Assembly: GCA_039630575.1 (NCBI GenBank)
Contig: JBCNUW010000022.1
Span: forward strand, 1-31,527
Reading direction: 5' to 3'
From: Candidatus Hydrothermales bacterium
Lineage (GTDB): Bacteria > Hydrothermota > Hydrothermia > Hydrothermales > JAJRUZ01
Length of the DNA: 31,527 nt
Shown: positions 16,095 through 26,528 of the stretch, piece after piece
Numbering within the stretch: position 1 is the stretch's first letter
How the letters are laid out: every line of letters starts with the position of its first letter
Position numbers and translations under genes: made by a program
Notes under the pieces: generated by a model
What the model saw: only the letters and a program-made list of their open reading frames with translations
Told to the model about the DNA's origin: nothing
The model's database searches: none

Positions 16095-18349
16095 TACAAA
16101 ATCATGATTTGACCGATAGATATTCCACCATCATTTGGTGGTATTAAAGAATGTGTGTATACTTTATTTTTCTTTACTTTCCTTAAAATAAGTTCCGTAA
16201 GAAGCTTGTTTTGAAAAACACCCCCACTTAATAAGATTTTATAATCACCTGCTATCTCTCCTAATTTTTTAACTATCTCTGCTAATGTTAGGTGAAATTT
16301 AAAGGCTATATGAGGCTTATTTATTTTATTTTTCAAATCAGTTATTATACCCTCGATCATTGGAAAAAAGTTAATAATAATAGGATTGTTACCTATCAAC
16401 TCAAAATCGTAGTGAGAGATTTTATTTTTCTTATAATCTTCAGCAAGCCATTCGAGCATCATAGCTGATTGACCTTCAAAGGTAATTTTTTGCTTTAAAT
16501 TAAGTATTGAAGAAACAGCATCAAAAATCCTACCAACTGAAGTGTATTTAAAAATATAAATGTTTTTTTCATAACAGGTTCTAAAAATATTTTTCTCCTC
16601 TTCAGAAAGAGTTTTAACTGGATCAATATCAAGATCAAAAATTTTTTCTTTATAAATTTCATATAAAATTCCTATTGCACTTCTTCTTGGTTCTTTCATT
16701 GCCTTATCACCACCCAAAATTCCAAATTCTCTGAAGGTAGCAAACCTACTAAAATCTTTAAAATTACAAATTAAAAATTCACCTCCCCAAATTTTTCCGT
16801 CTCTTCCATATCCAGTTCCGTCCCAAGATACACCTAAAACTTCTTCTTCTAATTTATTTTCAACCATACATGAAGAAACATGGGCATGATGATGAAAAAT
16901 CTTCATTAATGGTATATTCTCACTTTTACTTAATTCTTCACCATATTTTGTAGATAGATAATCTGGGTGGGCATCACAGGCAATAAATTCTGGTCTAAAT
17001 TCAAAAAGATTTTTAAAGTCATTAATTATTTTTTTAAAAGCATTAAAGGAGTTCTCATTATCGAGATCACCTATATGTTGCGAAACGATAATTCTATCTG
17101 ATTTTGAGATTGCAATTGTGTTTTTAAGATAAGAACCTAAAGCTAAGATTTGTGGTAATTTTCTTTTCAATATAAAAGGTAAGGGTGCATAACCTCTTGC
17201 CCTTCTTATTATTAAAATTTTTTTATTTACGACTTTGACAACTGAATCATCAACATATCTTTCTATAGGTCTTGTATTCATTAAAAGATAATCAGCTATA
17301 TCTTTCAATCTATGAAATGCCTCATCATTGTCATAAGCAATGGGTTCATCTGATATGTTTCCTGATGTGCAAACAACAGGGAAATCAATTTTGTCCATTA
17401 AGAGAAGATGCAAAGGAGTATATGGAATCATAGCCCCTATATAGGGGTTATTGGGAGAAACATATTTTGAAAGATTAGTTTTCTTTTTTGCTTTCAAAAT
17501 AACAATCGGTGAACAGTAAGATAAAAGTAATTTTTTTTCAATTTCATTAACATAGGCATACTTTCTTATATCACTTATACTTTTAAACATTAATGCAAAA
17601 GGTTTTTCATCTCTCTTTTTTCTTTTTCTCAATTCTAAGACAGATTCATCATTTGTTGCGTCAGTTAAAAGCTGAAAACCACCAATACCTTTAACTGCCA
17701 CTATTTTACCCTGCTTTAAAATTTTTATTGTTTCTTCAATAGCTTTCTCTTTTTCATATAAAAGATTCCCTTTATTATCTACTAAAAAAACTTTAGGGCC
17801 ACATTTAGGACAAGCATTAGGTTGAGCATGAAATCTTCTGTCAAGAGGATCTTCATATTCCATCTCACATTCCTCGCACATCTTGAATATCTTCATAGTA
17901 GTATTTTTTCTATCGTAGGGAATATTCTCTATGATGCTGAATCTTGGACCACAGTTTGTGCAGTTTGTAAAGGGGTAATAAAATCTTTTATTTTTTTTAT
18001 CAAAAATCTCTTTTTTACAATCTTTACATATGGCAAGATCAGGTAAAATTAGAGCTATTTTCTCTCCTTTTTCTTCAGACTTAAGAATTTCAAATTTACT
18101 ATCATTTTTTAACCTTATTTCTTTTATTTCTATATGAGTGAATTCAACAAGAGGTGGTTTTTCATATTTAAGTTGTTTTATAAATTTATTTAAATTTTTA
18201 TTTTCTCCCTCAACTTCTATAACAGCACCTTCATTACTGTTTCTTACAAATCCCTTTAAATTATTATTTAAGGCTATCCTGTATACAAAAGGACGAAATC
18301 CTATACCCTGAACCTTCCCCTGAACCTTTATTAAAAATCTTTTTGTCAA
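16082..18349 (-). CDS. hypF: Carbamoyltransferase HypF
   Basis: Acylphosphatase domain GKVQGIGFRPFVY; zinc fingers CKDC/CTNCGPRF/CEEC/CPKCGP; RRARGYAP, HHHAH, DGTGYG, PPNDGGISIGQ. Confidence 0.97.
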   Translation of the reverse strand: MTKRFLIKVQGKVQGIGFRPFVYRIALNNNLKGFVRNSNEGAVIEVEGENKNLNKFIKQLKYEKPPLVEFTHIEIKEIRLKNDSKFEILKSEEKGEKIALILPDLAICKDCKKEIFDKKNKRFYYPFTNCTNCGPRFSIIENIPYDRKNTTMKIFKMCEECEMEYEDPLDRRFHAQPNACPKCGPKVFLVDNKGNLLYEKEKAIEETIKILKQGKIVAVKGIGGFQLLTDATNDESVLELRKRKKRDEKPFALMFKSISDIRKYAYVNEIEKKLLLSYCSPIVILKAKKKTNLSKYVSPNNPYIGAMIPYTPLHLLLMDKIDFPVVCTSGNISDEPIAYDNDEAFHRLKDIADYLLMNTRPIERYVDDSVVKVVNKKILIIRRARGYAPLPFILKRKLPQILALGSYLKNTIAISKSDRIIVSQHIGDLDNENSFNAFKKIINDFKNLFEFRPEFIACDAHPDYLSTKYGEELSKSENIPLMKIFHHHAHVSSCMVENKLEEEVLGVSWDGTGYGRDGKIWGGEFLICNFKDFSRFATFREFGILGGDKAMKEPRRSAIGILYEIYKEKIFDLDIDPVKTLSEEEKNIFRTCYEKNIYIFKYTSVGRIFDAVSSILNLKQKITFEGQSAMMLEWLAEDYKKNKISHYDFELIGNNPIIINFFPMIEGIITDLKNKINKPHIAFKFHLTLAEIVKKLGEIAGDYKILLSGGVFQNKLLTELILRKVKKNKVYTHSLIPPNDGGISIGQIMILYHNL

Positions 18350-19011
18350 TTTTTGAACTTTCTCTCCCTTTCTTCCTTTATAAAATCTGCAAGATCCTTA
18401 ACACCTTCTCCTAATAAAGCAGATATCTTAAAAATTTTAACTTCATTTTTTATTTTCCGTGCTTCTTCTTCAACTTTTTTTATATCAAAAGGCAAATATT
18501 TTAAAAGATCTATTTTATTTATGACTATAACATCAGATGTCAAAAAAGCTTTAGGATACTTTAAGATTTTATCATCACCTTCAGGAGTTGATATCATAGA
18601 GATTCTCAAATGCTCCCCAAGATCATAACTTGCGGGGCAAACAAGGTTTCCAACATTTTCTATAAACAAATATTCAGTACAATCCTCAATCAAAGATAAT
18701 CCCTTTTTTATCATTATTGCTTCAAGATGACAAGTGTTACCAGTTATAATCTGATATGAATTTGCCCCCTTTTCTCTTATTCTTTTTGCATCTTTTTCTG
18801 TTTCAATATCACCAACAAAAACAAAAACCTTTTTTTTATCGAAATAATCCAGTAATCTCTCGATGAGCATTGTCTTTCCAGATCCGGGGGAGGATATTAA
18901 ATTAACTACAAAAATTTTTTTTTGGTTAAAAAATTGCCTTAATTCGTTAGCAATTTCCTCATTAACCCTAAGTATAGAAATTGATATATTTTCCTTTACA
19001 ATTTCTGCCAT
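18346..19011 (-). CDS. hypB: Hydrogenase nickel-incorporation GTPase HypB
   Basis: SSPGSGKT, CHL, ENVGNLVCPA, EGDDK, NKIDL; no His-rich N-terminus. Confidence 0.96.
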   Translation of the reverse strand: MAEIVKENISISILRVNEEIANELRQFFNQKKIFVVNLISSPGSGKTMLIERLLDYFDKKKVFVFVGDIETEKDAKRIREKGANSYQIITGNTCHLEAIMIKKGLSLIEDCTEYLFIENVGNLVCPASYDLGEHLRISMISTPEGDDKILKYPKAFLTSDVIVINKIDLLKYLPFDIKKVEEEARKIKNEVKIFKISALLGEGVKDLADFIKEERERKFKN

Positions 19012-19017
19012 GAATTA

Positions 19018-19047
19018 ATTTTAATACCTTTAAATAAAACTTTTCAA
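19018..19047 (-). promoter_or_regulatory. Probable internal sigma70 promoter for hypB-hypF (leaderless arrangement)
   Basis: TTGAAA (19047-19042)-N18-TAAAAT (19023-19018), then 6 nt to ATG 19011. Confidence 0.5.
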
Positions 19048-19082
19048 ATTTTTAAAAATACTAAATTTAAATTTTTTATAAA

Positions 19083-19430
19083 CTAATCTTTTATTAATTC
19101 TAAGCTTTTAACTGTTATTTTATCACCTTTTAATATTTGACCCCCTACATTTTCACAGAAGGGACATAAAAATGGGAATGTAGTAGCTTTAAAAATTTCA
19201 TCGCATTTTAAGCATTTTATTTCAGGTTCAATCACGTCAATTACAAGTTCAGTATCTTCAAATTCTGTTTGCTTTTTTATTATATCAAAAATTTCTTTTA
19301 AAATTAAGGGTTCTGCCGCAGATAATTTTCCAAACTCTATTTCAACTTTTAATATTTTTTTTAAATTCCGCTTCCTTTTTTCTTCTTTTAAAATTTCTAT
19401 TAAGTTTGTAGCTAAAGAGTATTCATGCAT
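19083..19430 (-). CDS. hypA: Hydrogenase nickel metallochaperone HypA
   Basis: N-terminal MHE; CLKC and CPFC zinc motifs. Confidence 0.95.
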   Translation of the reverse strand: MHEYSLATNLIEILKEEKRKRNLKKILKVEIEFGKLSAAEPLILKEIFDIIKKQTEFEDTELVIDVIEPEIKCLKCDEIFKATTFPFLCPFCENVGGQILKGDKITVKSLELIKD

Positions 19431-21097
19431 TAAAAGAGGCCTGAGATCTCACCATTTTCATTTATATCAATAAGTGTAGCTGCAGGTTGCTGAGGAAGAC
19501 CAGGCATTTCCAGTATATCACCACAAAGGGGGACTAAAAATTTAGCTCCAGATTTAATTCTTAAATCATCAACCCTAATTTCAAAATCCCTTGGCCAGCC
19601 CTTTAGTTTAGGATTGTCAGAAATTGAGTACTGAGTTTTAGCCATACATATATAAAAGTCTCTAAAATTGAGCTTTTCACATAACTCTATCTTCTTTAAA
19701 GCTTCATCTGAATAAGAAACAGAGCTTGCGCAGTATACGTTCTTCGCAATTCTCTCTATTTTCTCCTTTATACCCATGTGTACATCATACACTCTTTTAA
19801 AATTATTATCCTCTTTTTCAATAACTTCAATTGCTTTTTTTGCAAGATCTTTTGTACCTTCTCCACCCTTTAAAAATCCCTCACAAATTGCATTTGGGAT
19901 ATTCTCTTTATCTAAAAAATCTTGAACAATTTTTATTTCCCTATCTGTATCAAAAGGAAATCTGTTTATGGCAACACAGGTTCTAATTCCGAAGGCATTT
20001 TTAAGTATATTTAAATGTGCTTTTAAATTATCAAAACCTTTAATAAGAGCATTCTCATTTTCCTGTTTTAATTCTTCTTTTTTCATTCCGCCATGGAATT
20101 TCAAAGCTCTTATAGAAACAACAAGAATAGCCAAATCAGGGACAACTTCAAGTTCCTTAGTAACAATATTTAAAAACTTTTCGGCTCCGAGATCAGATCC
20201 AAAACCACTTTCAACAACAGCATAATCGCAAACTCTTAAAGCAAACTCTATTGCTGTTAGTGAACATGTTCCGTGAGCGATATTTCCGAAAGGTCCTGTA
20301 TGAATTATTGCTGGAGTATTTTCGGTAGTTTGTGCAAGGTTTGGTTTTATAGCATCTTTTAAAAGAACAGCCATTGCACCTTGTGCTTTTAAATCCTTTG
20401 CAAATAGTGGTTCCTTTTTGAAGGTAAAACCTATCAGTATATTTGAAAGTTTTTCTTTAAGTTCAGCATAATTTCTTGACAAACCTAAAATTGCCATTAT
20501 TTCAGAGGCTGGTGTAATAACAAACTTCTCAAGTCTTAGCGGACCGTTCTTAGTTGGATTCAATCCGATCACAATGTCTCTTAAGGACCTATCGTTCATA
20601 TCGATAGTTCTTGGCCATAATACATTATTAGGATCTATTCCCAAGGAATTTTTATGGAAAATTGAGGCATCAATCATTGCTGAGAGCAAATTATGGGCTG
20701 AAGTAACAGCGTGAAAATCTCCTGTAAAATGAAGATTTATGTCCTCCATTGGTAAAACCTGTGCATAGCCTCCACCTGTGGCTCCGCCCTTAATTCCAAA
20801 AACAGGTCCTAGTGATGGTTCTCTTAAAGCAACAAGCGAAATTTTTCCTATTTTCCAAAATCCCATAGATAGGGATATAGAAACAGTTGTTTTGCCCTCA
20901 CCAAAAGGTGTAGGGCTTATTGCTGTAATAAGTATTAACTTTGCTTTTCTTTCTTTATTTTTTAAAAAATCTAAATTTATTTTTGCTTTATATTTCCCAT
21001 ACAACTCCAAAAATTTTTCCTCTATACCTAACTTTTCGGCAACTTCTCTTATATCGATTAATTTAGTTGATCTTGCAATTTCAATGTCTGTTTTCAT
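19430..21097 (-). CDS. fhs: Formate--tetrahydrofolate ligase
   Basis: SPTPFGEGKTT, LREPSLGPVFGIKGGATGGGYAQV, INLHFTGDFHA, GPFGNIAHG, GFGSDLGAEKF, CMAKTQYS, MPGLP. Confidence 0.97.
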   Translation of the reverse strand: MKTDIEIARSTKLIDIREVAEKLGIEEKFLELYGKYKAKINLDFLKNKERKAKLILITAISPTPFGEGKTTVSISLSMGFWKIGKISLVALREPSLGPVFGIKGGATGGGYAQVLPMEDINLHFTGDFHAVTSAHNLLSAMIDASIFHKNSLGIDPNNVLWPRTIDMNDRSLRDIVIGLNPTKNGPLRLEKFVITPASEIMAILGLSRNYAELKEKLSNILIGFTFKKEPLFAKDLKAQGAMAVLLKDAIKPNLAQTTENTPAIIHTGPFGNIAHGTCSLTAIEFALRVCDYAVVESGFGSDLGAEKFLNIVTKELEVVPDLAILVVSIRALKFHGGMKKEELKQENENALIKGFDNLKAHLNILKNAFGIRTCVAINRFPFDTDREIKIVQDFLDKENIPNAICEGFLKGGEGTKDLAKKAIEVIEKEDNNFKRVYDVHMGIKEKIERIAKNVYCASSVSYSDEALKKIELCEKLNFRDFYICMAKTQYSISDNPKLKGWPRDFEIRVDDLRIKSGAKFLVPLCGDILEMPGLPQQPAATLIDINENGEISGLF

Positions 21098-21103
21098 AAC
21101 CCT

Positions 21104-21583
21104 TTAAATTTCAATTTTAAAAAATTTTTTAATAATTTTTTCTATTTTATTTAAAATTTCCGGTATCTTATTCTTCAAATCCTCAGAAATTGTGGGTCTT
21201 ATGGTAAAGGGATCCTCAACTGAAATTCCGATAATAAGAATCTCTTTTGGAAATGGAAGTCTTAATTTCCTTGCAACATGAATAAGTTCAGGAATACCTA
21301 TGTAATGGTTACTTTTCAATTCACTATCATTGATGTTTTTCCCATTAAATACATAGATATTTCCGGTATCCTGTTTACCTGTATATATACTATCAATTAT
21401 AACTGCCTTTTTATACGGTGAAAGGAAATCAAGCAATGAAAGTCCCATCTCCTCAGTTGATACAACATCCACTAAATCTTTAAATTTCTTTGACAAAAAT
21501 CCAGTTATGTAAATACCGATTCCGTCATCTCCTCTTATTGTGTTTCCGAGTCCAATAATAACATTTTCCTTTTGATTATTCAA
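21104..21583 (-). CDS. Hydrogenase maturation endopeptidase (HycI/HybD family)
   Basis: IIGLGNTIRGDDGIG, VIIDSI, SNH; directly downstream of the large subunit. Confidence 0.92.
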   Translation of the reverse strand: MNNQKENVIIGLGNTIRGDDGIGIYITGFLSKKFKDLVDVVSTEEMGLSLLDFLSPYKKAVIIDSIYTGKQDTGNIYVFNGKNINDSELKSNHYIGIPELIHVARKLRLPFPKEILIIGISVEDPFTIRPTISEDLKNKIPEILNKIEKIIKKFFKIEI

Positions 21584-23042
21584 AGTTCTTTATAGTCTCA
21601 ATTATTTTACCATCTTTATTTCTTATATTAATCAAAACAGGAATATTTCCTGGTAAAGAGTGAGTACCACAAGCATGACAGGGATCATAGGCTCTAAATG
21701 CCATTTCTATCATATTCAAAATTCCCTCATCATATTTTCCTTCCTTTATAAGATTCCTTGCAGCTTTATCAATAGACATAGATATACGTGCTGAATTATT
21801 CTGAGTTGCAACTATTAAGTTTGCCTTTGTAATATATCCCTTTTCATTGGTTTCATAATGATGTATAAGTGTTCCCCTAGGTGCCTCAACAACACCTATT
21901 CCCACAGTAGGTGTTTCTGTTGGAATTTTTCTTATATTATCTGAAGTAATTTCAGGATCCTTTGCAAGCTCAAGGAATCTTTCTGCTGCATAAATCATTT
22001 CAACTACCCTGGCCCAATGATTAGCAAGTGTATGATGAACAGGCTTTCCTCCCAAATTTTTATAGAACTCTTCATATGCTTCCTGAGCCTTTGGTGTAGA
22101 AATACCATCACAGGCATTTAGTCTTGCAAGTGGTGCAACAGAGTATACTCCAGAATCTTTACCATCAACAAAACCTTTCCAACCTACTTTCTTTAAAAAA
22201 GGAAATTTAATATAGGTCCAGTTTTCAACATGCTCAGCTATATGATCTCTATAATTCCTTACATCAAATAAAGCATATTCTTTGCCGTCAGGATCAACTA
22301 CTCTAATTTTACCATCATAGAAATTAAGTTTTTTGTTTTCATCAACAAGTCCCATATAGTATGTTCTATGGGTATAAGCATCAGATAATATAAGATCAAC
22401 ATATTCCTTATTTGAAAGGACAATATCTTTAAAAACCTTAAGAGTAAACAGAGCAAATTCAACTCCCTTCTCAGCAACCTTTACAAAGTTTTCTTTTTCA
22501 TCTTTTTTTATTCCTCTCGTTACTCCACCAGGTACTCCCCAAGCAGGATGTATTACCTTTCCTGCAAGAAGTGTCATCAGTTCTCTTATTTCTCTTCTCA
22601 TCGATATTACCTTTTTACCAACCTCAAGTCCAACTTTCTGTATTACTCCCAGAACATTTCTCTCGGACTTTTTGGCTTTTGGTCCAACTATGAAGTCAGG
22701 TCCACCAAGAACATAAACATGGAGAGCATGGTCTTCAAGCATAAACATGTTATATAACATCTCTCTCAACTTTTTTGCAGGTGAGGGGGGTTGAGTTTTA
22801 TATAGATCATCTAATGCTTTAGTGCTTGCCATATGGTGAGCTGTTGGACAGACACCACAAATTCTTGGTGTTATTATAGGCATATCTTCAGCAGGTTTTC
22901 CCTTAACAAAAATCTCAAACCCTCTTAATTCTGGAACAACAAGAAAAGCTTTTTCTACATTTCCCTTTTCATCAAGAAAAATTTCAATTTTACCATGTCC
23001 TTCAAGTCTTGTTATTGGATCAATAGTTATTTTATGTTCCAT
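21576..23042 (-). CDS. mvhA: Group 3c [NiFe]-hydrogenase large subunit
   Basis: IDPITRLEGHG, L1 motif PRICGVC, EAPRGTLIHHY, L2 motif RAYDPCHACGTH followed by a cleavable C-terminal extension; hdr/mvhD context. Confidence 0.93.
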   Translation of the reverse strand: MEHKITIDPITRLEGHGKIEIFLDEKGNVEKAFLVVPELRGFEIFVKGKPAEDMPIITPRICGVCPTAHHMASTKALDDLYKTQPPSPAKKLREMLYNMFMLEDHALHVYVLGGPDFIVGPKAKKSERNVLGVIQKVGLEVGKKVISMRREIRELMTLLAGKVIHPAWGVPGGVTRGIKKDEKENFVKVAEKGVEFALFTLKVFKDIVLSNKEYVDLILSDAYTHRTYYMGLVDENKKLNFYDGKIRVVDPDGKEYALFDVRNYRDHIAEHVENWTYIKFPFLKKVGWKGFVDGKDSGVYSVAPLARLNACDGISTPKAQEAYEEFYKNLGGKPVHHTLANHWARVVEMIYAAERFLELAKDPEITSDNIRKIPTETPTVGIGVVEAPRGTLIHHYETNEKGYITKANLIVATQNNSARISMSIDKAARNLIKEGKYDEGILNMIEMAFRAYDPCHACGTHSLPGNIPVLINIRNKDGKIIETIKNFE

Positions 23043-23044
23043 TT

Positions 23045-24031
23045 TTAACCTCCGTTTTTCTTAATTTTTGTATCAAAAATTAAAGATTTTGGTAAAGAGT
23101 ATCTATAAACTATAGCAAGAGGGTTTGAAAGACCCTCATCTATAATTTTTTCTATTTCCTTTTCATCGATTGAATCAATAATTGATGAAAGAAAAGATAT
23201 AGCCTTTGCTCCATAATCTTTAACACCATCCACAGGACCAAAGCATCCAGTACACGGGTAATTAGCTTTTACACACAAAGCTTCACATCCACCTCTTGTA
23301 ACTGGACCGAGACATGGGTATCCCTGAATCAATAAACATTTATCAGATTCTGGTTGAGATTTGTCAATTCTTTTAAAACTTTTCAAATATATTTTTTCAG
23401 GTTTTGTTTCATTTAAAGGGCATTCACTACATAAACTCCTACTACTTGCTCCCAAAACAGAGCCTTTTGGAGGAATCTGAGACGAAAATAGAGCATCTAT
23501 TGAATTTTTAACAACTTTTCTTGTTGGTGCACAACCTGGGATGTAATAATCAACATCAACTACCTGATCAACTGCATAAACTCTCTCGTAAAACTCTGGT
23601 ATTTCAAAAGCAAAATTACCTTCGATAAAATGTGGTGTAGGTCTTTTATTATCAGGATTAAATACTGTGTCACCGTCTTTATAATAAAAGCTAAGTATTT
23701 CCTCTCTTGAGTAAGAATTAGCAAGCCCTGGAACTCCTCCAGTATAAGCACAAGAACCAAAGGCTATTAGTATCTTTGATTTTTTTCTCAAAAGTCTTAC
23801 CATTTCTTCCTGTTCAGAGGTTCTCACTGCACCATTAATAAAAGTAACTAAAATTTCCTCATCCTTCAAACTTTCCACATCTTCTCTTTTAAAATCCATA
23901 GCAACTGGCCAAAAAACAATTTCAGCCTTATCTACAACTTGTAAAATATCTTCTGCAAGATCGACCACAGCCTCCTCACAACCACCACAGGAGGCACACC
24001 AATAAAAGGCAACTTTTGCCTTTTCAGCCAT
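23045..24031 (-). CDS. mvhG: Group 3c [NiFe]-hydrogenase small subunit
   Basis: CASCGGC, GSCA, PGCAP, CSEC, CLLIQGYPCLGPVTRGGCEALC, PCTGCFGP; no Tat signal, so cytoplasmic. Confidence 0.93.
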   Translation of the reverse strand: MAEKAKVAFYWCASCGGCEEAVVDLAEDILQVVDKAEIVFWPVAMDFKREDVESLKDEEILVTFINGAVRTSEQEEMVRLLRKKSKILIAFGSCAYTGGVPGLANSYSREEILSFYYKDGDTVFNPDNKRPTPHFIEGNFAFEIPEFYERVYAVDQVVDVDYYIPGCAPTRKVVKNSIDALFSSQIPPKGSVLGASSRSLCSECPLNETKPEKIYLKSFKRIDKSQPESDKCLLIQGYPCLGPVTRGGCEALCVKANYPCTGCFGPVDGVKDYGAKAISFLSSIIDSIDEKEIEKIIDEGLSNPLAIVYRYSLPKSLIFDTKIKKNGG

Positions 24032-24040
24032 ATTTTCCCC

Positions 24041-24490
24041 CTATTTTTTATGTTCTGCTAATTGTAATTTAAAGGCTCTATCTTCACTGATAGGTCCTAA
24101 ATTCCTTATTTCTTCGGTAAACTCCCTCACTACTCTTTGAAGTTTTTCACCCTCTGATGCGGATATCCATTCAAGTCTTAATCTTTTTTCATTTATACCC
24201 ATCTCTCTTAATATCCTTTTTAATATCAAATATCTTCTCAGTGTCTTGTAATTCCCTTCAATATAGTGACAATCTCCAGGATGGCATCCTCCTATCAGAA
24301 TACCATCTGCACCATTTTTAAAACCCCATAAAACAAACTGAGGATCAACCCTTCCTGAGCACATTGTTCTAACTATTCTTATATTTGAAGGATAATCCAT
24401 TCTTGAAACACCTGCCAAATCAGCTGCAAGATATGTACACCAATTACAAAAGATTCCTAGTATTTTAGGTTCGAACTTATTATCCTTCAT
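24041..24490 (-). CDS. mvhD: [2Fe-2S] subunit MvhD/FlpD
   Basis: FCNWCTYLAAD, MCSGRVDP, GCHPGDCHYIEGN, WISASEG. Confidence 0.95.
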   Translation of the reverse strand: MKDNKFEPKILGIFCNWCTYLAADLAGVSRMDYPSNIRIVRTMCSGRVDPQFVLWGFKNGADGILIGGCHPGDCHYIEGNYKTLRRYLILKRILREMGINEKRLRLEWISASEGEKLQRVVREFTEEIRNLGPISEDRAFKLQLAEHKK

Positions 24491-24523
24491 TTAATACCTC
24501 CTTTTTTTAAATTTAAATAAATT

Positions 24524-26515
24524 TTAAAGTAGAGCACCTTCAATTTCAGCGTATATTTGATCATCAAGAAATAGTCTCTGCTGAGCAGCTTTTGAAGGAC
24601 ATGCAGCTACACATACTCCACAGCCTTTGCATAAAGCCTCATTTATTACAGCAATTTTTCTTTCTTCGTTATAAGAAATTGCAGAATAAGGACAAAGTCC
24701 GATGCATATGTGGCATCCAGAGCACTTTTCCTCGTCAATCCATGCGGTATTTGGTTCAAGCTCAATTTTCTTTCTATCTATAAGAGATAAAGCCTCAGCT
24801 GCAGCTGCCTCAGCTTGAGCAACAGTATCTGGTATATCCTTAGGTCCTTGACATGCTCCAGCAATAAAAACCCCATCTGTAAAGGTTGAAACAGGAGCAA
24901 GTTTTGGGTGTCTTTCAAGGAACCAACCTTCCTTTGAACAAGATATGTTTAAAAGTCTTCTTATTTCATCAGCATCTGGTTGAGGCTCAAGACCTACAGC
25001 AAGAACAACCATATCAACGGGTATTCTCCTAACAACCCCTATAAGTGTGTCCTCAACTCTTATTACAAGTTTCCCTTCCTCTTCAGGTGTGATCGCCCAG
25101 TCTGTAACTTCTGCAACTTTACCTCTTATAAAATGAACACCTTCTTCCATTAATTTGTGATAAAATTCCTCATAACCCTTTCCAGGGGTTCTCATGTCAA
25201 TGTAAAAACAATAGACTTCAGCATGAGTTCTTTCTTTAATCAAATGGGCAAGTTTCAAAGAATACATACAACAAACTCTTGAACACCAAATGTTATAATT
25301 TTTATCCCTTGATCCAACACAATGAATTATTCCAACTGATTGAGGTTTCCTTCCATCTCTTAAAATAACCTCCCCACCTGTAGGTCCTGAGGAATTAACA
25401 AGTCTTTCAATTTCAATTGATTTATAAACATTTTGATATCTTCCGTAACCATATTGCGGAATTCTTGAAGGATCAAAAGTCTTAAAACCTGTAGCTACAA
25501 TTATTGCACCAACTTGAACTTCTACTATCTCATCTCTCATATCAAAGTCTATTGCACCTCTCTCACAAGCCTGTTGACATGACCTTTTGCACTTACCTGA
25601 TAGAAATTGTATACAGGTTGCTGGATCTATAACAGCAGCAAGAGGTACTGCCTGTGGAAAAGGAATGTAAATTGGTTTTCTTTTTGAAAGTCCCTCATTA
25701 AACTCGTCAGGAAATTTACCTTCCTTATAGACACATGCTTCTATACAGGCATAGCAACCCACACACTTTTCAACATCAACATATCTAGCCCTTTTTCTAA
25801 TTTTTACTTTAAAGTTTCCCACATATCCATCAACTTCCTCAATTTCAGAATAGGTAAAAAGTTCAATATTAGGATGATCTTTAACTTGAGTCATTTTAGG
25901 AGTTAAAATACAAGAGGCACAATCAAGTGTGGGGAATGTTTTATCAAACTTTGCCATATGGCCACCTATTGAAGGCTCCCTTTCAACAAGATAGACCTTT
26001 TTACCAGAATCAGCCACTACAAGACTTGCTGAAATTCCAGCTATTCCACCACCTATCACTAAAACATTTGGATTTATTTCTTGGGATTTCCTCTCAAGAC
26101 TTTCATGGAAAACTACCCTATAAACAGCAGCTCTTACCATTGCCTTTGCTTTCTCAGTAGCTTCCTTAGATTCCTTTGTTACCCAGGAAACATGCTCTCT
26201 TATATTTGCCATCTGAAAATTAAAAGGATTTAGGCCCGCATCTTCACAAGCCTTTCTAAAAGTATGCTCATGAAGATGAGGAGAACAAGAAGCTACAACT
26301 ATCCTGTTTAGCTTTAACTCCTTTATATCATTTTTAATTAACTCCTGACCCGGATCAGAGCACATATATTTATATTCTCTGGAAACAACAACATAAGGTA
26401 GTTTTGAAGCAAATTCAACTACTTCTTTTATATTCACTCTTCCTGCTATGTTTGTTCCACAATGACAAATATAAACACCTACTCTTATTTCACCGTTTCC
26501 TTTGATTTTATCCAT
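24524..26515 (-). CDS. hdrA: Heterodisulfide reductase subunit A (flavoprotein)
   Basis: VGVYICHCG, ASCSP, GGGIAG, DKTFPTLDCASCIL, HCVGSRD, CSRVCC, GACQGPKD; inserted and C-terminal 2x[4Fe-4S] ferredoxin domains. Confidence 0.96.
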   Translation of the reverse strand: MDKIKGNGEIRVGVYICHCGTNIAGRVNIKEVVEFASKLPYVVVSREYKYMCSDPGQELIKNDIKELKLNRIVVASCSPHLHEHTFRKACEDAGLNPFNFQMANIREHVSWVTKESKEATEKAKAMVRAAVYRVVFHESLERKSQEINPNVLVIGGGIAGISASLVVADSGKKVYLVEREPSIGGHMAKFDKTFPTLDCASCILTPKMTQVKDHPNIELFTYSEIEEVDGYVGNFKVKIRKRARYVDVEKCVGCYACIEACVYKEGKFPDEFNEGLSKRKPIYIPFPQAVPLAAVIDPATCIQFLSGKCKRSCQQACERGAIDFDMRDEIVEVQVGAIIVATGFKTFDPSRIPQYGYGRYQNVYKSIEIERLVNSSGPTGGEVILRDGRKPQSVGIIHCVGSRDKNYNIWCSRVCCMYSLKLAHLIKERTHAEVYCFYIDMRTPGKGYEEFYHKLMEEGVHFIRGKVAEVTDWAITPEEEGKLVIRVEDTLIGVVRRIPVDMVVLAVGLEPQPDADEIRRLLNISCSKEGWFLERHPKLAPVSTFTDGVFIAGACQGPKDIPDTVAQAEAAAAEALSLIDRKKIELEPNTAWIDEEKCSGCHICIGLCPYSAISYNEERKIAVINEALCKGCGVCVAACPSKAAQQRLFLDDQIYAEIEGALL

Positions 26516-26528
26516 TTTAAACCTCCTT

